DNA from: Myxococcota bacterium
Lineage (GTDB): Bacteria; Myxococcota_A; UBA796; SXON01
Direction of reading: 5' to 3'
Assembly (NCBI GenBank): GCA_040386535.1
Contig: JAZKFH010000002.1
Location: 123,578-187,577, forward strand
Length of the DNA stretch: 64,000 nucleotides
The translations under genes and the position numbers were made by a program. The notes below the pieces were generated by a model. That model was given only the letters and a program-made list of their open reading frames with translations. It was not told where the DNA came from and did not search any database. How positions within the stretch are numbered: position 1 is the first letter of the stretch; every line of letters begins with the position of its first letter. Shown here piece after piece: positions 27,834 to 37,717 of the stretch.

Positions 27834-29183
27834 GTGAAGGCGAGTGACGGGGCGGGTCAATCCGAGAGCTCCCTCTTGTCCGAACGACTCACCCTCGAAG
27901 CCCTCCTGGCTGCATACCACTCCTACGGCGCCCCCCGCGAGCGCTGGCTCGTCGGCGGCGAATACGAGCGAGCGGTTGTGCGTGGGGACGGGCGCGCCGT
28001 CGACTACCATGATTCCGACGGGATCCGCTGGGTCGTCGAGCAGCTCGCCGATCGGACGGGCTGGAAGAAGAAGTACGAGGGCGCTCATCCGATCGAGTGC
28101 GCGGGGGATGGCGCCAGCATCACGCTCGAGCCGGGCGGCCAGGTCGAGCTCTCCGGCGCGCCGTTCCGCCGCCTCACGGACCTGGACGCGGAGGTTCGTC
28201 GCAACCGTGGCATGCTCTACGACATGGCCGAGGGCCACGATCTCCACTGGATCTCGTGCGGCCTGACGCCGTACGCCCGCATCTCGGACATCCGTTTCGT
28301 GCCGAAGGGCCGGTACGCGGTGATGCGCGACTACCTCCCCCAGCACGGGGAGCTCGCCCACTGGATGATGAAGGGCACCTGCTCCGTGCAGGCCAATTTC
28401 GACTTTTCGGACGAGGCCGACTGCGCGCGCAAGTTCCACGTCTCGCTCGCGCTCGGGCCGCTCAACACCGCCATCTTCGCCAACTCGCCGCTCTCCGAGG
28501 GCAAGGACACGGGCTACGCGTCGTATCGCGGCTACGTTTGGACGAAGACCGACCCCGCCCGCACCGGCTTCCCCGCCTCCGTGCGCGCCGGCTACACCCA
28601 CCGCGGCTGGGTCGACTACCTGCTCGACACGCCGATGATGTTCTACATGCCGGGCGGCACGTGGAAGCCCGCCAACGGCGTGACCTTCCGCCAGTGGATG
28701 GAGAAGGGCATCGAAGGCGTGTACCCCACGGCGGACGACTGGACGCTGCACCAGACCAGCGTGTTCCCCGAGGTGCGGGTCAAGCGCACGATCGAGATCC
28801 GCGGCGCGGACGCCGTCAACATCGACCTCTCCGTCGCCTTCATCGCGCTGTGGACCGGCGTGTTGTACGGCACGCGCGCCCTCACCGACGCGACCGAGCT
28901 GGCCGCCCGGTTTGCCGCCACGCCCGGCACGCACGAGGAGCGCCAGCTCCAGGCCGCCCAGGGCGGGCTCGCCGCGCGGTTCGGCGCGCACGCGGCCGCC
29001 GACTGGGCCCGCGAGCTCGTCACCATCGCCGCCGCCGGCCTCCAGGAGATCGGGGAGGACGTCGCCCTCCTCGAGCCGCTCCGCGCGAAGGTGGCCGAGG
29101 GGCGCTCTCCCGCGCTCGACACGCTCGAGGCGTGGGCGCGGGACCCCTCCCCAGCGAACGTGCTCAAGACCGTCGCGTACTGA
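27834..29183 (+). CDS. gshA: Glutamate-cysteine ligase (plant/alphaproteobacterial type)
   Basis: GGEYE, LEPGGQVELSG, PKGRYAVMR, MMKGTCSVQANFD, FANSP, FPEVRVKRTIEIRGAD; start uncertain (27834 or 27876). Confidence 0.88.
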   Translation: MKASDGAGQSESSLLSERLTLEALLAAYHSYGAPRERWLVGGEYERAVVRGDGRAVDYHDSDGIRWVVEQLADRTGWKKKYEGAHPIECAGDGASITLEPGGQVELSGAPFRRLTDLDAEVRRNRGMLYDMAEGHDLHWISCGLTPYARISDIRFVPKGRYAVMRDYLPQHGELAHWMMKGTCSVQANFDFSDEADCARKFHVSLALGPLNTAIFANSPLSEGKDTGYASYRGYVWTKTDPARTGFPASVRAGYTHRGWVDYLLDTPMMFYMPGGTWKPANGVTFRQWMEKGIEGVYPTADDWTLHQTSVFPEVRVKRTIEIRGADAVNIDLSVAFIALWTGVLYGTRALTDATELAARFAATPGTHEERQLQAAQGGLAARFGAHAAADWARELVTIAAAGLQEIGEDVALLEPLRAKVAEGRSPALDTLEAWARDPSPANVLKTVAY

Positions 29184-29196
29184 AGGGTCGGTCCGG

Positions 29197-30042
29197 TCAG
29201 GCCCCCGAGGTGTCGCACGCCTCGGGCGCGCCCGCCGTGTAGCCGCGCCGGAACCACTCCGTGCGCTGGGCCGCGGAGCCGTGGGTGAAGGACTCGGGGG
29301 TCACCCGCCCGGTCTCGGCCTTCTGGAGCCGATCGTCGCCCACCGCCGCGGCGGCGCCGATGCCCTCTTCGACGTCACCCGGCTCGAGCAGGCCCCGATC
29401 GCCGGCCGAGCGTGCCCAGACCCCGGCGTAGCAGTCGGCCTGGAGCTCCTGCCGCACGGACGCCTCGTTGCCCTTCCCGCCGAGCTCGCCGCGCTGGTTC
29501 TGCACGTGGTGCCCGATCTCGTGGGCGATCACGTAGGCCTCCGCGAAGTCGCCCGGGGCGCCGTACTTCTTCGCCAGGTCGTCGTAGAACGACAGGTCGA
29601 TGTACACGCGCGTGTCGTTCGGGCAGTAGAAGGGGCCGACCGCCGCCGCGCCGTAGCCGCAGGCGGAGTCGGTGCCGTTGGTGAACAACACCAGCTTGGC
29701 GGGGGCGTAGGTCGCGCCGCGCTCCTGGAACAGCTTCGTCCAGGTGGTCTGCGCGTCGTCCAGCACGAACGAGACGAACGCCGCGGGGTCGTCGTTGGGG
29801 CCGGTCTGCTCCGTGGAGGACACCGGCGCGGTGCCCGTCAGCCCGCCCAACACGCCGCTCCCGGACACGAGCCCGAACACGACCATGCCCGCGAGCACGA
29901 GCAACATGCCCTTCCAACCCAGGCGGGGCAGCAGCTGCGCGAGAATGGAGAGGCCCGCACCGCCCAACCCACCGCCGCCGCCGGAGCTGGCACCGCGACG
30001 ATCGATCGTGTCGCGGCTTCGATAACCTTTGGTCCACTTCAT
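29197..30042 (-). CDS. Neutral zinc metallopeptidase (YpfJ family)
   Basis: GPFYCP, GDFAEAYVIAHEIGHHVQ, ELQADCYAG, FTHGS. Confidence 0.92.
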   Translation of the reverse strand: MKWTKGYRSRDTIDRRGASSGGGGGLGGAGLSILAQLLPRLGWKGMLLVLAGMVVFGLVSGSGVLGGLTGTAPVSSTEQTGPNDDPAAFVSFVLDDAQTTWTKLFQERGATYAPAKLVLFTNGTDSACGYGAAAVGPFYCPNDTRVYIDLSFYDDLAKKYGAPGDFAEAYVIAHEIGHHVQNQRGELGGKGNEASVRQELQADCYAGVWARSAGDRGLLEPGDVEEGIGAAAAVGDDRLQKAETGRVTPESFTHGSAAQRTEWFRRGYTAGAPEACDTSGA

Positions 30043-30140
30043 CGTGATGACGTAGACACGTCCGATCGCACGGCAAGGGCCGAAGCGCGGGCGTGCCTCC
30101 GTGCGCGGTCAGCGTGCGAGGCCAGCGCCCAAGCTGTCCC

Positions 30141-31595
30141 CTACCCCTTGTTGCGCTTCGCCAACGCCGCCATCTGCCGCACGCGCTCGAACAGCAGGAT
30201 GCCCGCCGTGACGCTCACGTTGAGCGACTGCAGATCGCCCATCAGCGGGATGCCGGCGATGGCGTCACAACGCTTGCGCACCGGCGCGGTCAGGCCCTTG
30301 TCCTCGCCGCCGAGCACGAACGCGATGGGGCCGGTCAGGTCGAGGTCCCAGGGCGCGGTGCCGTTCATGTCGGCGCCGATGACGCGCACGCCCGCGCGCT
30401 GGATCTCGGCGAGCGACGCGGAGATGCCGGCGCGCACCACGGGCACGGCCTCGGCGCCGCCCATGCTGACGCGCTGGACGACGGGGGTGAGGCCCTTGCC
30501 GCGCTGGGTGGGGATGATCACGCCGTCGACACCCGCGCCGAGCGCGCTGCGGAGCACCGCGCCCAGGTTGTGCTCGTACTGCACCTCGTCCACGAGCACG
30601 AGGAACGGCTCGGGCGCGCCGAGGAGCTGGCGCACCGTGGGCTCCACGAGCTCGTCGGCCTCGGCGATGACGCCGTTGTGCACGCCGGTGAGGCTCATGC
30701 GGTCGAGCTGGGCGCGCTCGACGCGCTTCACGCGGTCGCCCGCGAGGGCGAGGATCTGGTCGATCTTGTCGTCGGACTTCGCGCCGAGGTCCATCCACAC
30801 GGTGCGGACGGTGCGGCGGCCGCGCACGAGGGCCTCGTACACGACGTTGCGGCCCTCGAGGCGGTCACCCTTCACCGGCGGTAGGCCGGGACGGTCGGCG
30901 GAGGCGGGCGCGAGCGCGCGGACGGCCGTGGACTTCGACTCGGTGGGCGCACCGGCGGCGGCCGCGCGGGCCTCGCCGTGGGGGCCGATGCGGCCCTCGG
31001 CGAGCGCCTGCTGGCGGGCCGCGGTGCGGGGATTGGGGCGGTTGTCGGGGCCCCGCTCGGCGCGGACGCCGGTGCGCTCGGCGCGAGGCTCGGAGCGCTC
31101 GGTGCGGGCCTCGGGGCGCTCGGAACGGTCAGCGCGGAACGACGGGCGCTCGTCGCGCGCGGCCGGACGCTCGGTCCGCTCGTCACGGCCGGGGGCGGGG
31201 CGCGCCTCGCGCGGGGGGCCGGAGCGCTCGCCGCGGATGAACGCGGTGCGCTCGTCGCGGCGACCCGCGGGCCGCTCCTCGCGGGCGGGCGCGGCACGCT
31301 CGTCGCGTCGGGCCGGGGGGCGCTCGCCCCGGGAGGGCGCCGAACGCTCGAAGCGGTCGGACGCGGGGCGCTCGTTCAGCGCCGGGCGGTAGTTGCCGGG
31401 CGAGTGATCGTTGCGCGGACCGCTGCGTTGCTCGCGACGGCCGCCGCGCTCGTCGGGGCGGCCCGCGCCACGATCGTCGGAGCGGGGCGGGGCGCCGCCG
31501 TCGCGTCCGTCACGACCGGAGGGGAGCCGACGGTCCTCGCGCGGGGAGGAGCTGCGGTCGGAGAAGGAGGGCTTCTTGGGGGGCGGTTTGCGCAT
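30141..31595 (-). CDS. rlmB: 23S rRNA 2'-O-methyltransferase RlmB (TrmH/SPOUT) with long N-terminal low-complexity extension
   Basis: GRNVVYEAL, HNGV, HNLGAVLRSA, GGEDKGL, SLNVSV; first ~240 aa R/E/P-rich. Confidence 0.85.
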   Translation of the reverse strand: MRKPPPKKPSFSDRSSSPREDRRLPSGRDGRDGGAPPRSDDRGAGRPDERGGRREQRSGPRNDHSPGNYRPALNERPASDRFERSAPSRGERPPARRDERAAPAREERPAGRRDERTAFIRGERSGPPREARPAPGRDERTERPAARDERPSFRADRSERPEARTERSEPRAERTGVRAERGPDNRPNPRTAARQQALAEGRIGPHGEARAAAAGAPTESKSTAVRALAPASADRPGLPPVKGDRLEGRNVVYEALVRGRRTVRTVWMDLGAKSDDKIDQILALAGDRVKRVERAQLDRMSLTGVHNGVIAEADELVEPTVRQLLGAPEPFLVLVDEVQYEHNLGAVLRSALGAGVDGVIIPTQRGKGLTPVVQRVSMGGAEAVPVVRAGISASLAEIQRAGVRVIGADMNGTAPWDLDLTGPIAFVLGGEDKGLTAPVRKRCDAIAGIPLMGDLQSLNVSVTAGILLFERVRQMAALAKRNKG

Positions 31596-31637
31596 CCCGC
31601 GCGCTATCACGGCGGGGCCGATCAGGTGTGTCCGGGG

Positions 31638-34013
31638 TCAGCTCCGGACGTCCTCTCGCATCCCCGCGTAGAAGGTCTGGAGCTGGCTCATGACCATCCG
31701 TGTCGGTCCGATCACCCGGCGCGCGTTCGGCAAGGAAGAGAGGAACACCCGGCCGTACCACATCTCGTGGATGCGACGATCGAGCAGGAGCACGGCGCCG
31801 CGGTCGGTGCCCGAGCGGATGAGGCGCCCGAAGCCCTGGCGCAGCTTCAACACGGCCTCCGGCAGCGAGAAGACGCGGAACGGATCCTCCCCGCGGGAGC
31901 GGATCCTCTCGTAGCGGGCCTCCGCGATGGGCTCGGTGGGGACCCGGAACGGCAGGCGCGGGATCGCGACGAGGCGCAGGCCATCGCCACGCACGCTCAC
32001 GCCCTCCCAGAACGAGTCGGTGCCGAAGAGCACGGCGCCGCGGTCCTTCCGGAAGTGTTCGAGCAGGCGGCCCTTGGCGCCCTTGCCCTGCCGCAGCACC
32101 GCGTGGCGGCGGCCGAGCGCGGACTCCACACGGTCCCCGAGGGTGCGCACCGCGTCGTGACTTGTACACAACACGAACGCGCCCCCGCGGCTCGCCTCGA
32201 TGGCCTGCACGAGCACGTCGGCCACGGCGTCGAGCCAGCCCGGGTCGTCCGGCCGCGGGAGGTCCTTGGGGAGCGCGAGGATCGCCTGCTCCTCGTAGGC
32301 GAACGGGCTCGGGAACTGCTCGAAAGCGGCGCCCTCGAAGCCGGTGCGGCCGAGGTAGTGGTCGATGCGCCCGTTCACGGCGAGCGTGGCGCTGGTCAGG
32401 ACGGTGGCGAACTGGCGATCCACGAGCAGATCGCGCAGGAGCGGCGCGACGTCGACCGGGGCGCGGGCCGCCGCGATGGAGACCTTGCCGGGATCGAGGT
32501 AGCGCACCTGCTCCTCCTCCTCGTTGAGGAAGGCGCGCGCGTTGGCCGCGGCCTCCTCCAGGCGCCGGCGCGCGCGGCCGAGGTCGAGGATGGGCTGGGC
32601 GTCCTCGACCTTGACGTCCTCGCCCTCCAGGGCGGCCTGCACCGCGCCGAGCCGCGCGGCGACGCGCTCCAACGTGTCCCCGAGGTCCGCGAAGAAGCCG
32701 GCGTGGGGTGGATCGCCGCGCACGCGGAGCGGCTGGTTGATCTCGTCGCCCAGGGTCTCGAACCCGATCTTGGTGAAGTCCCGCGCGGCGCTCGCGGCCA
32801 TGTGGGCCTCGCTCGACGCGAGGAACGCCTTGGGGAACCGCGAGCCGAGGCGCTCCAAGGCGCCGGGCCGACGGGAGCGCCCGATCACCGGCAGGAGCGC
32901 GCGGGAGATGCCGACGGAGGAGACACGCGCGGCGGAGACGCTGGTGGCGGCCTGCTCGAGGTGATGGGCCTCGTCGAGCACGACGCGGTCGAACGCGGGG
33001 AGGATGCCGACACCCTCGGTCTGGCGCTTGACGGAGAGGTCGGAGAGCAGGAGCGCGTGGTTCACGACGACCACGTGCGCGGCCGCGGCGGTGCGGCGGG
33101 CCTGGTAGTAGAAGCAGGTGTTGAAGTGGGGGCAGCGGGCGCGGAGCGTCTGGTCGGTGTCGCTCTCGACGGACTCCCACACGTCTTCGGACACCTCGAA
33201 GCCGAGGTCCGCGATGTCCCCGCTCGCCGAGGTGGCGGCCCACGCGACGATCGGCTTGACGGCGTCGGCGTCGGCGGACTGCGAGGCGGCCAGGAGCTTG
33301 CGGCGGCACAGGTAGTTCGTGCGGCCCTTGAGCACGGCCGTGCGGAGGGCGGGCTGGCCGAGCGCAGCGAGCCCGCGCGTGAGCATCGGCAGATCGTCCG
33401 CGACCAGCTGCGCCTGCAACGTGCGCGTGTACGTGCTCACGACGACCTTCTTGTCGTTCGCGAGCGCCCACAACGCGGCGGGGGCGAGGTACCCGAGCGA
33501 CTTCCCGGTGCCGGTGCCGGCCTCGAGCACGACGGGGCCGCCCTCCATCAGCGCGATCGCGACGCGCTCGGCCATCGCGAGCTGCCCGGGGCGCGGCTCC
33601 CAGCCTGGGAGGATGGCGGGGAGGCCCTCACGGAAGAAGCGCTCCAACAGCGCGAGGTCGACCGGGACCTCCCGCTTCGCCAGGGCCTCGACGATCCAGT
33701 TCGACCGGGTGACCGCGTTGTCGACGATGATGAAGCCGACGCCGTCCTCGCCGAAGTTTCCGGCGAGGTGCATGTCGGGATCGGAGGGCCGCAGATCGCC
33801 GCTGGGGTGGTTGTGGATGACCACCTGCCCGGCGCGCGCCCGCGACTTGAGCGCCAATACGGCGCCCTCGGTGCCGCGCGCGTGGATCTCGATCCGTTCC
33901 ACGAGGCCCTTGGCGTCGAGGTCTCCGACGGCGAAGACCTCCATCCCGCCGGCCTCGGCGATCTCGCCGCGCATGGCGGCGGCTGCGGCGGGGGTGAAGC
34001 GGAGGGCGGACAC
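31638..34013 (-). CDS. DinG/YoaA-family helicase with N-terminal JAB (RadC-like) domain
   Basis: IHNHPSGDLRPSDPD (JAB); RPGQ, EAGTGTGKS, KGRTNYLC, DEAH, TSATL, FWEGV, QGFGRLIR. Confidence 0.92.
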   Translation of the reverse strand: MSALRFTPAAAAAMRGEIAEAGGMEVFAVGDLDAKGLVERIEIHARGTEGAVLALKSRARAGQVVIHNHPSGDLRPSDPDMHLAGNFGEDGVGFIIVDNAVTRSNWIVEALAKREVPVDLALLERFFREGLPAILPGWEPRPGQLAMAERVAIALMEGGPVVLEAGTGTGKSLGYLAPAALWALANDKKVVVSTYTRTLQAQLVADDLPMLTRGLAALGQPALRTAVLKGRTNYLCRRKLLAASQSADADAVKPIVAWAATSASGDIADLGFEVSEDVWESVESDTDQTLRARCPHFNTCFYYQARRTAAAAHVVVVNHALLLSDLSVKRQTEGVGILPAFDRVVLDEAHHLEQAATSVSAARVSSVGISRALLPVIGRSRRPGALERLGSRFPKAFLASSEAHMAASAARDFTKIGFETLGDEINQPLRVRGDPPHAGFFADLGDTLERVAARLGAVQAALEGEDVKVEDAQPILDLGRARRRLEEAAANARAFLNEEEEQVRYLDPGKVSIAAARAPVDVAPLLRDLLVDRQFATVLTSATLAVNGRIDHYLGRTGFEGAAFEQFPSPFAYEEQAILALPKDLPRPDDPGWLDAVADVLVQAIEASRGGAFVLCTSHDAVRTLGDRVESALGRRHAVLRQGKGAKGRLLEHFRKDRGAVLFGTDSFWEGVSVRGDGLRLVAIPRLPFRVPTEPIAEARYERIRSRGEDPFRVFSLPEAVLKLRQGFGRLIRSGTDRGAVLLLDRRIHEMWYGRVFLSSLPNARRVIGPTRMVMSQLQTFYAGMREDVRS

Positions 34014-34015
34014 GG

Positions 34016-34086
34016 CGCGGTCTAACTCGCCCGAGAAATGGCCGCCGTTCCGACGCCGACGCGCTGCGCCTCCGCGTTAGACCGCG
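34016..34086. promoter_or_regulatory. 11-bp inverted repeat, one arm immediately upstream of each divergent start
   Basis: CGCGGTCTAAC (34016-34026) and GTTAGACCGCG (34076-34086). Confidence 0.55.
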
Positions 34087-34091
34087 ACCCC

Positions 34092-35186
34092 ATGGCACAC
34101 ACCGTCATCCTGGCCGGCGGCGGCACCGGCGGGCACGTCTACCCCGCGATAGCGATGGGCGACGCGATGCGCGCGCGCGGCCACACCGTGCACTACTACG
34201 GCGACGCGGCGCGGCTCGAAGGGCGCGTCGCCCCCGCCCGCGGATACCTCTTCCGCGGGGTCGACGCGGCGCAGTTCCCCCGCTCCGGGCTGCTCGCCAA
34301 GCTCAAGTTCGCGCGGTCGCTGCTCCGCTCGGTGATGCAAGCGCGCACGCTCCTGCGGCAGGACCAGGCGACCATGGTGTTGGGCGTAGGCGGCTACGTC
34401 ATGGCGCCCACCGTGCTCGCCGCCTGGACGCTCGGCATCCCCGCCGCCATCCACGAGGCGAACGTGGCCCCGGGGCTCGCCAACCGCCTGTGCGCGCGGG
34501 TGGCGAAGCTCGTGCTCCTCACCTATCCGGAGACCGCGGCGCGGCTCCCCGGCAACGCCGAGAAGCACGTCGTGGGCTGCCCGGTGAACCCCGCGGTGCT
34601 CCTGGGCGAGCGGGTGGCGGCCGCCGAGCGCTACGGCTTCGATCCCGCGCGGCCCGTGCTCGTGGCGGTGGGCGGCTCCCTCGGCGCGGCGAAGCTCAAC
34701 GAGCTCACGATCGCGCTCGCGAACGACCCCGCGCGCGACTACCAGATCCTCCACGTCACCGGCCCCCGCTACGAGGCCGAGGTCACCGCCGCGTACGGCG
34801 CCGTGCCGGAGGGCGTCGTGGTCCGCGGCTACGAAGATCGCATGGCGGACGCCTTCGCCGTGGCCGACCTGGTGTTGTGCCGCTCCGGGTCCAGCACGCT
34901 CGCCGAGCTGTGCGCCGTCGGGAGAGCGTCCGTGCTCCTCCCCTCCCCCAACGTGACCGACAACCACCAGGAGGAGAACGCGCGAGGCCTCGAGCGGGCA
35001 GGAGCCGCCGCGGTGGTCGTCGAGCGCGGCATGGACCTGTCGGCCGTCGTGGCGCTGATCCGCGTGCTCATGGGGAACGCCCCCCGGCGCACGGAGATGG
35101 CCCAGGCCGCGTGGAAGCTCGCCCGGTTGGACGTGGCGGATCAGGTCGCGCAGATGCTGGACGAGCGGTTTCCCGCGCCGGCCTGA
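34092..35186 (+). CDS. murG: MurG undecaprenyl-PP-MurNAc-pentapeptide GlcNAc transferase
   Basis: GGGTGGHVYP, GGY, HEAN, GGSLGA, RSGSSTLAE, HQEENA. Confidence 0.95.
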   Translation: MAHTVILAGGGTGGHVYPAIAMGDAMRARGHTVHYYGDAARLEGRVAPARGYLFRGVDAAQFPRSGLLAKLKFARSLLRSVMQARTLLRQDQATMVLGVGGYVMAPTVLAAWTLGIPAAIHEANVAPGLANRLCARVAKLVLLTYPETAARLPGNAEKHVVGCPVNPAVLLGERVAAAERYGFDPARPVLVAVGGSLGAAKLNELTIALANDPARDYQILHVTGPRYEAEVTAAYGAVPEGVVVRGYEDRMADAFAVADLVLCRSGSSTLAELCAVGRASVLLPSPNVTDNHQEENARGLERAGAAAVVVERGMDLSAVVALIRVLMGNAPRRTEMAQAAWKLARLDVADQVAQMLDERFPAPA

Positions 35187-35293
35187 TCCGCGGTCCGTAC
35201 CGCACGACCGCCGCTGCGTGCCGGCCACCCAACGGAGGGCGGGCGATCCGGTGCGTTAGCTGGTAGTCTGCCACCTTCTGGAGACCTGGGCCG

Positions 35294-36397
35294 ATGCTCC
35301 CCCTGCTGCTGTCCATCGCCGTCGCGTCCGCCCAGTCCCCGGCGCCAGCTCCCTCCGCGCCGGCTCCCTCCTCCGAGGCCCCCGCCGCTGCCGAACCTCC
35401 GCTCGCGGTGCCGGTGGACGCGCCGCCCGCGGCCCCTGCGGCCGAGGCGCCCGCGCTCAGCTCCTACACCCCCACGGTGTTGTTCCCCATCCGGGCCGCC
35501 AACCTGGGGGCGTCCGAGGTCCGCGCGGCCGAGGTCCTCTTCCGCAGCCGGTACGAGGCGGCGACGGGCCAGTCCGCGGCGGACGACGCGCGCGTGCGGG
35601 CCGCGATCGTCGGGACCGACGACAAGGGCTTGAGCGCCGCGTGCCTCGCGCTCGCGTGCACCCGCTGGATCACGGTCGATCTCGTCCGTCTCGACACGGA
35701 GGTGTACGTCACCGCCATCGAGCGCGACAGCGCCGGGGTCGTGAGCCAGCGCGTGGAGATCGTGGCGGTCGGGCTCGACGCGTTGCCGACCACGTTCGAC
35801 CGGGTCGCGCGCGCCCTGGCCGGCCGGGTGCCGATCGAGCGGATCCCTGCGTCACGCCTGACCCCCATGGCAGGCAGCAGCACGACCGTGGCTGCCACCG
35901 GCACGCCCGCCACTGATGCCACGACCTCCACGGCCGTCGCTCCCCGCACCCGTCGCGCCGAGAACGTGCCCGGCTTCAAGTTCGGCGTGCTGGGCGCGCT
36001 CTGGCCCGGCTTCGGCGTGTCGATCACGCACACGTTCACGTGGCGGCGGGAGTCGCCCGACAAGTTCTTCGAGTTCGCGGCCGGCTTCACCGCGCCGCTC
36101 GGCCTCACGGACGATCGCACGTTCGGCATGGTGTTCGCCGAGGTCGGCCTCTCCCACGTGTTCCCGTCGAAGGGCGGCACGGCGCTCTACGCCGGCGGCG
36201 GCTTCGGCCCGCGCATCGGCGGCTACGACGATGTCGGCATCGGCGCCGGCGTGTACGGGCAGGCCGGCGTGATGTTCGGCCGCCTCACCTCGAGCCGGGC
36301 GTACCTCCAGCTGAAGCTCGGGGGAGACGGGTTCACCGGCTTCGTGGAGCCGTACGTCGTGAGCTACGCGGGTTTGGAGACGGGCGTGGGGTTCTGA
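35294..36397 (+). CDS. Secreted/outer-membrane protein with C-terminal beta-barrel-like domain
   Basis: Signal peptide, P/A linker, amphipathic beta strands, terminal Phe (GVGF). Confidence 0.65.
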   Translation: MLPLLLSIAVASAQSPAPAPSAPAPSSEAPAAAEPPLAVPVDAPPAAPAAEAPALSSYTPTVLFPIRAANLGASEVRAAEVLFRSRYEAATGQSAADDARVRAAIVGTDDKGLSAACLALACTRWITVDLVRLDTEVYVTAIERDSAGVVSQRVEIVAVGLDALPTTFDRVARALAGRVPIERIPASRLTPMAGSSTTVAATGTPATDATTSTAVAPRTRRAENVPGFKFGVLGALWPGFGVSITHTFTWRRESPDKFFEFAAGFTAPLGLTDDRTFGMVFAEVGLSHVFPSKGGTALYAGGGFGPRIGGYDDVGIGAGVYGQAGVMFGRLTSSRAYLQLKLGGDGFTGFVEPYVVSYAGLETGVGF

Positions 36398-36540
36398 GGC
36401 TACCCGGCTGAGCCGCGCGGTTCCGGTGGCGTAGGCTCGCGATCGCGCTTGTCCCCCGGGCGGTGGGCCCCACACTGTGGGCCTGGGCGCGCTCGTGTGG
36501 ACCTCCTCGGGCGCCGGTGCGCGGCCCCCTGGAGGGCTCG

Positions 36541-37701
36541 GTGCGTCCCTTTTCCCATGTGCTCCCGCCCCGCCTGCTCGGCAACGCCATCGCCAACGCG
36601 AACGTGCTCACCGACGCCGGGACCAGCCGGAACCCGCGCGTGCTCCAGCGGCTCCTCGGCCCCGCGCTCCGCGGCCTGCTCTTCCAGCGAGGCAAACACG
36701 GCGACGTGACCGAGATGGATGCGCGTCACGACGCGTGTTTCACCTGGACCTACCGCCAGGACCTTGCCGGGATGCGGCCGCTCCTGCTGGCCGCCCGGCG
36801 CGGACAGTGGGACCCCGACGTCGACCTCGACTGGTCGGTGGAGGTCGATCCGATCGATCCCGAGTGCCCCTTCGTGGACGAGCGCGCCTCGCCCCTCCAG
36901 GAGGTGCCGGGCTTCGCGGCCCTCGATCTGAAGACCCAGCGCGTGCACCAGCGGGATCTGCTGGCGTGGAGCCTCTCCCAGTTCCTGCACGGCGAGCAGG
37001 GCGCGCTCTACGTCGCGTGTCAGCTCACCGAGGCCGTCAGCTGGACGGACGCGAAGTTGTACGGCTCCACCCAGGTTGTCGACGAGGGGCGGCACGTGGA
37101 GGTGTTCGATCGGTATCTCACGGACAAGCTGGAGAAGCGGTATCCGGTCAACGACAACCTCTACGTCATGCTCGACGCGCTGATGACGGATCGCCGCTGG
37201 GACCTGAAGTTCCTCGGCATGCAGGTCATCATCGAGGGGCTCGCGCTCGGCGCCTTCGGCACGCTCCGGGCCTACACCCACGAGCCGCTGCTGCGCGAGC
37301 TCTTGCGACGCGTCATCACCGACGAGGCGCGCCACGTGCACTTCGGCGTGCTCGCGCTCCAGCGCACCTACGCCGATCTCCCCGACAACGAGCGGCACGA
37401 GCGAGAGGACTGGGCGTACGAGATGTGCATCCTCCTGCGCAACCGCTTCCTGGCCCACGAGTTCTACGAGGAGCACTGGGAGCACCGCATGGGCCGCCGA
37501 TCGTGGAACCGCGTGATGCTGGAGAGCCGCTACATGTCGCGCTTCCGCGAGACGATGTTCCGCCGCATCATCCCCAACCTCAAGCGCATCGGGCTGCTCT
37601 CCGAGCGCGTGCGCCCCCGCTACGCGCGGCTCGGGCTGCTCGCGTGGGAGCACGAGCGCGCGGCGCCGGACCTCACGATCGAGGAGATGGTGGGCGCGTA
37701 G
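36541..37701 (+). CDS. Ferritin-like diiron protein (AurF/N-oxygenase-like)
   Basis: GGAGG 5 nt before GTG; QFLHGEQGAL, DEGRH, IEGLAL, DEARH. Confidence 0.82.
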   Translation: MRPFSHVLPPRLLGNAIANANVLTDAGTSRNPRVLQRLLGPALRGLLFQRGKHGDVTEMDARHDACFTWTYRQDLAGMRPLLLAARRGQWDPDVDLDWSVEVDPIDPECPFVDERASPLQEVPGFAALDLKTQRVHQRDLLAWSLSQFLHGEQGALYVACQLTEAVSWTDAKLYGSTQVVDEGRHVEVFDRYLTDKLEKRYPVNDNLYVMLDALMTDRRWDLKFLGMQVIIEGLALGAFGTLRAYTHEPLLRELLRRVITDEARHVHFGVLALQRTYADLPDNERHEREDWAYEMCILLRNRFLAHEFYEEHWEHRMGRRSWNRVMLESRYMSRFRETMFRRIIPNLKRIGLLSERVRPRYARLGLLAWEHERAAPDLTIEEMVGA

Positions 37702-37717
37702 GGCCCCCTGAAAGCAG

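Noticed and set aside
30043..30140. Intergenic hairpin (CGCACGG/CCGTGCG) as riboswitch or ncRNA
   Set aside because: Only a 7-bp stem in GC-rich DNA; no recognisable RNA family motif
31638..34013. DinG as type IV CRISPR CasDinG or a defence helicase
   Set aside because: No cas genes, array or defence neighbours; flanked by rlmB and murG
36398..36540. 143-nt intergenic region as structured RNA leader
   Set aside because: Only short GC hairpins; nothing recognisable
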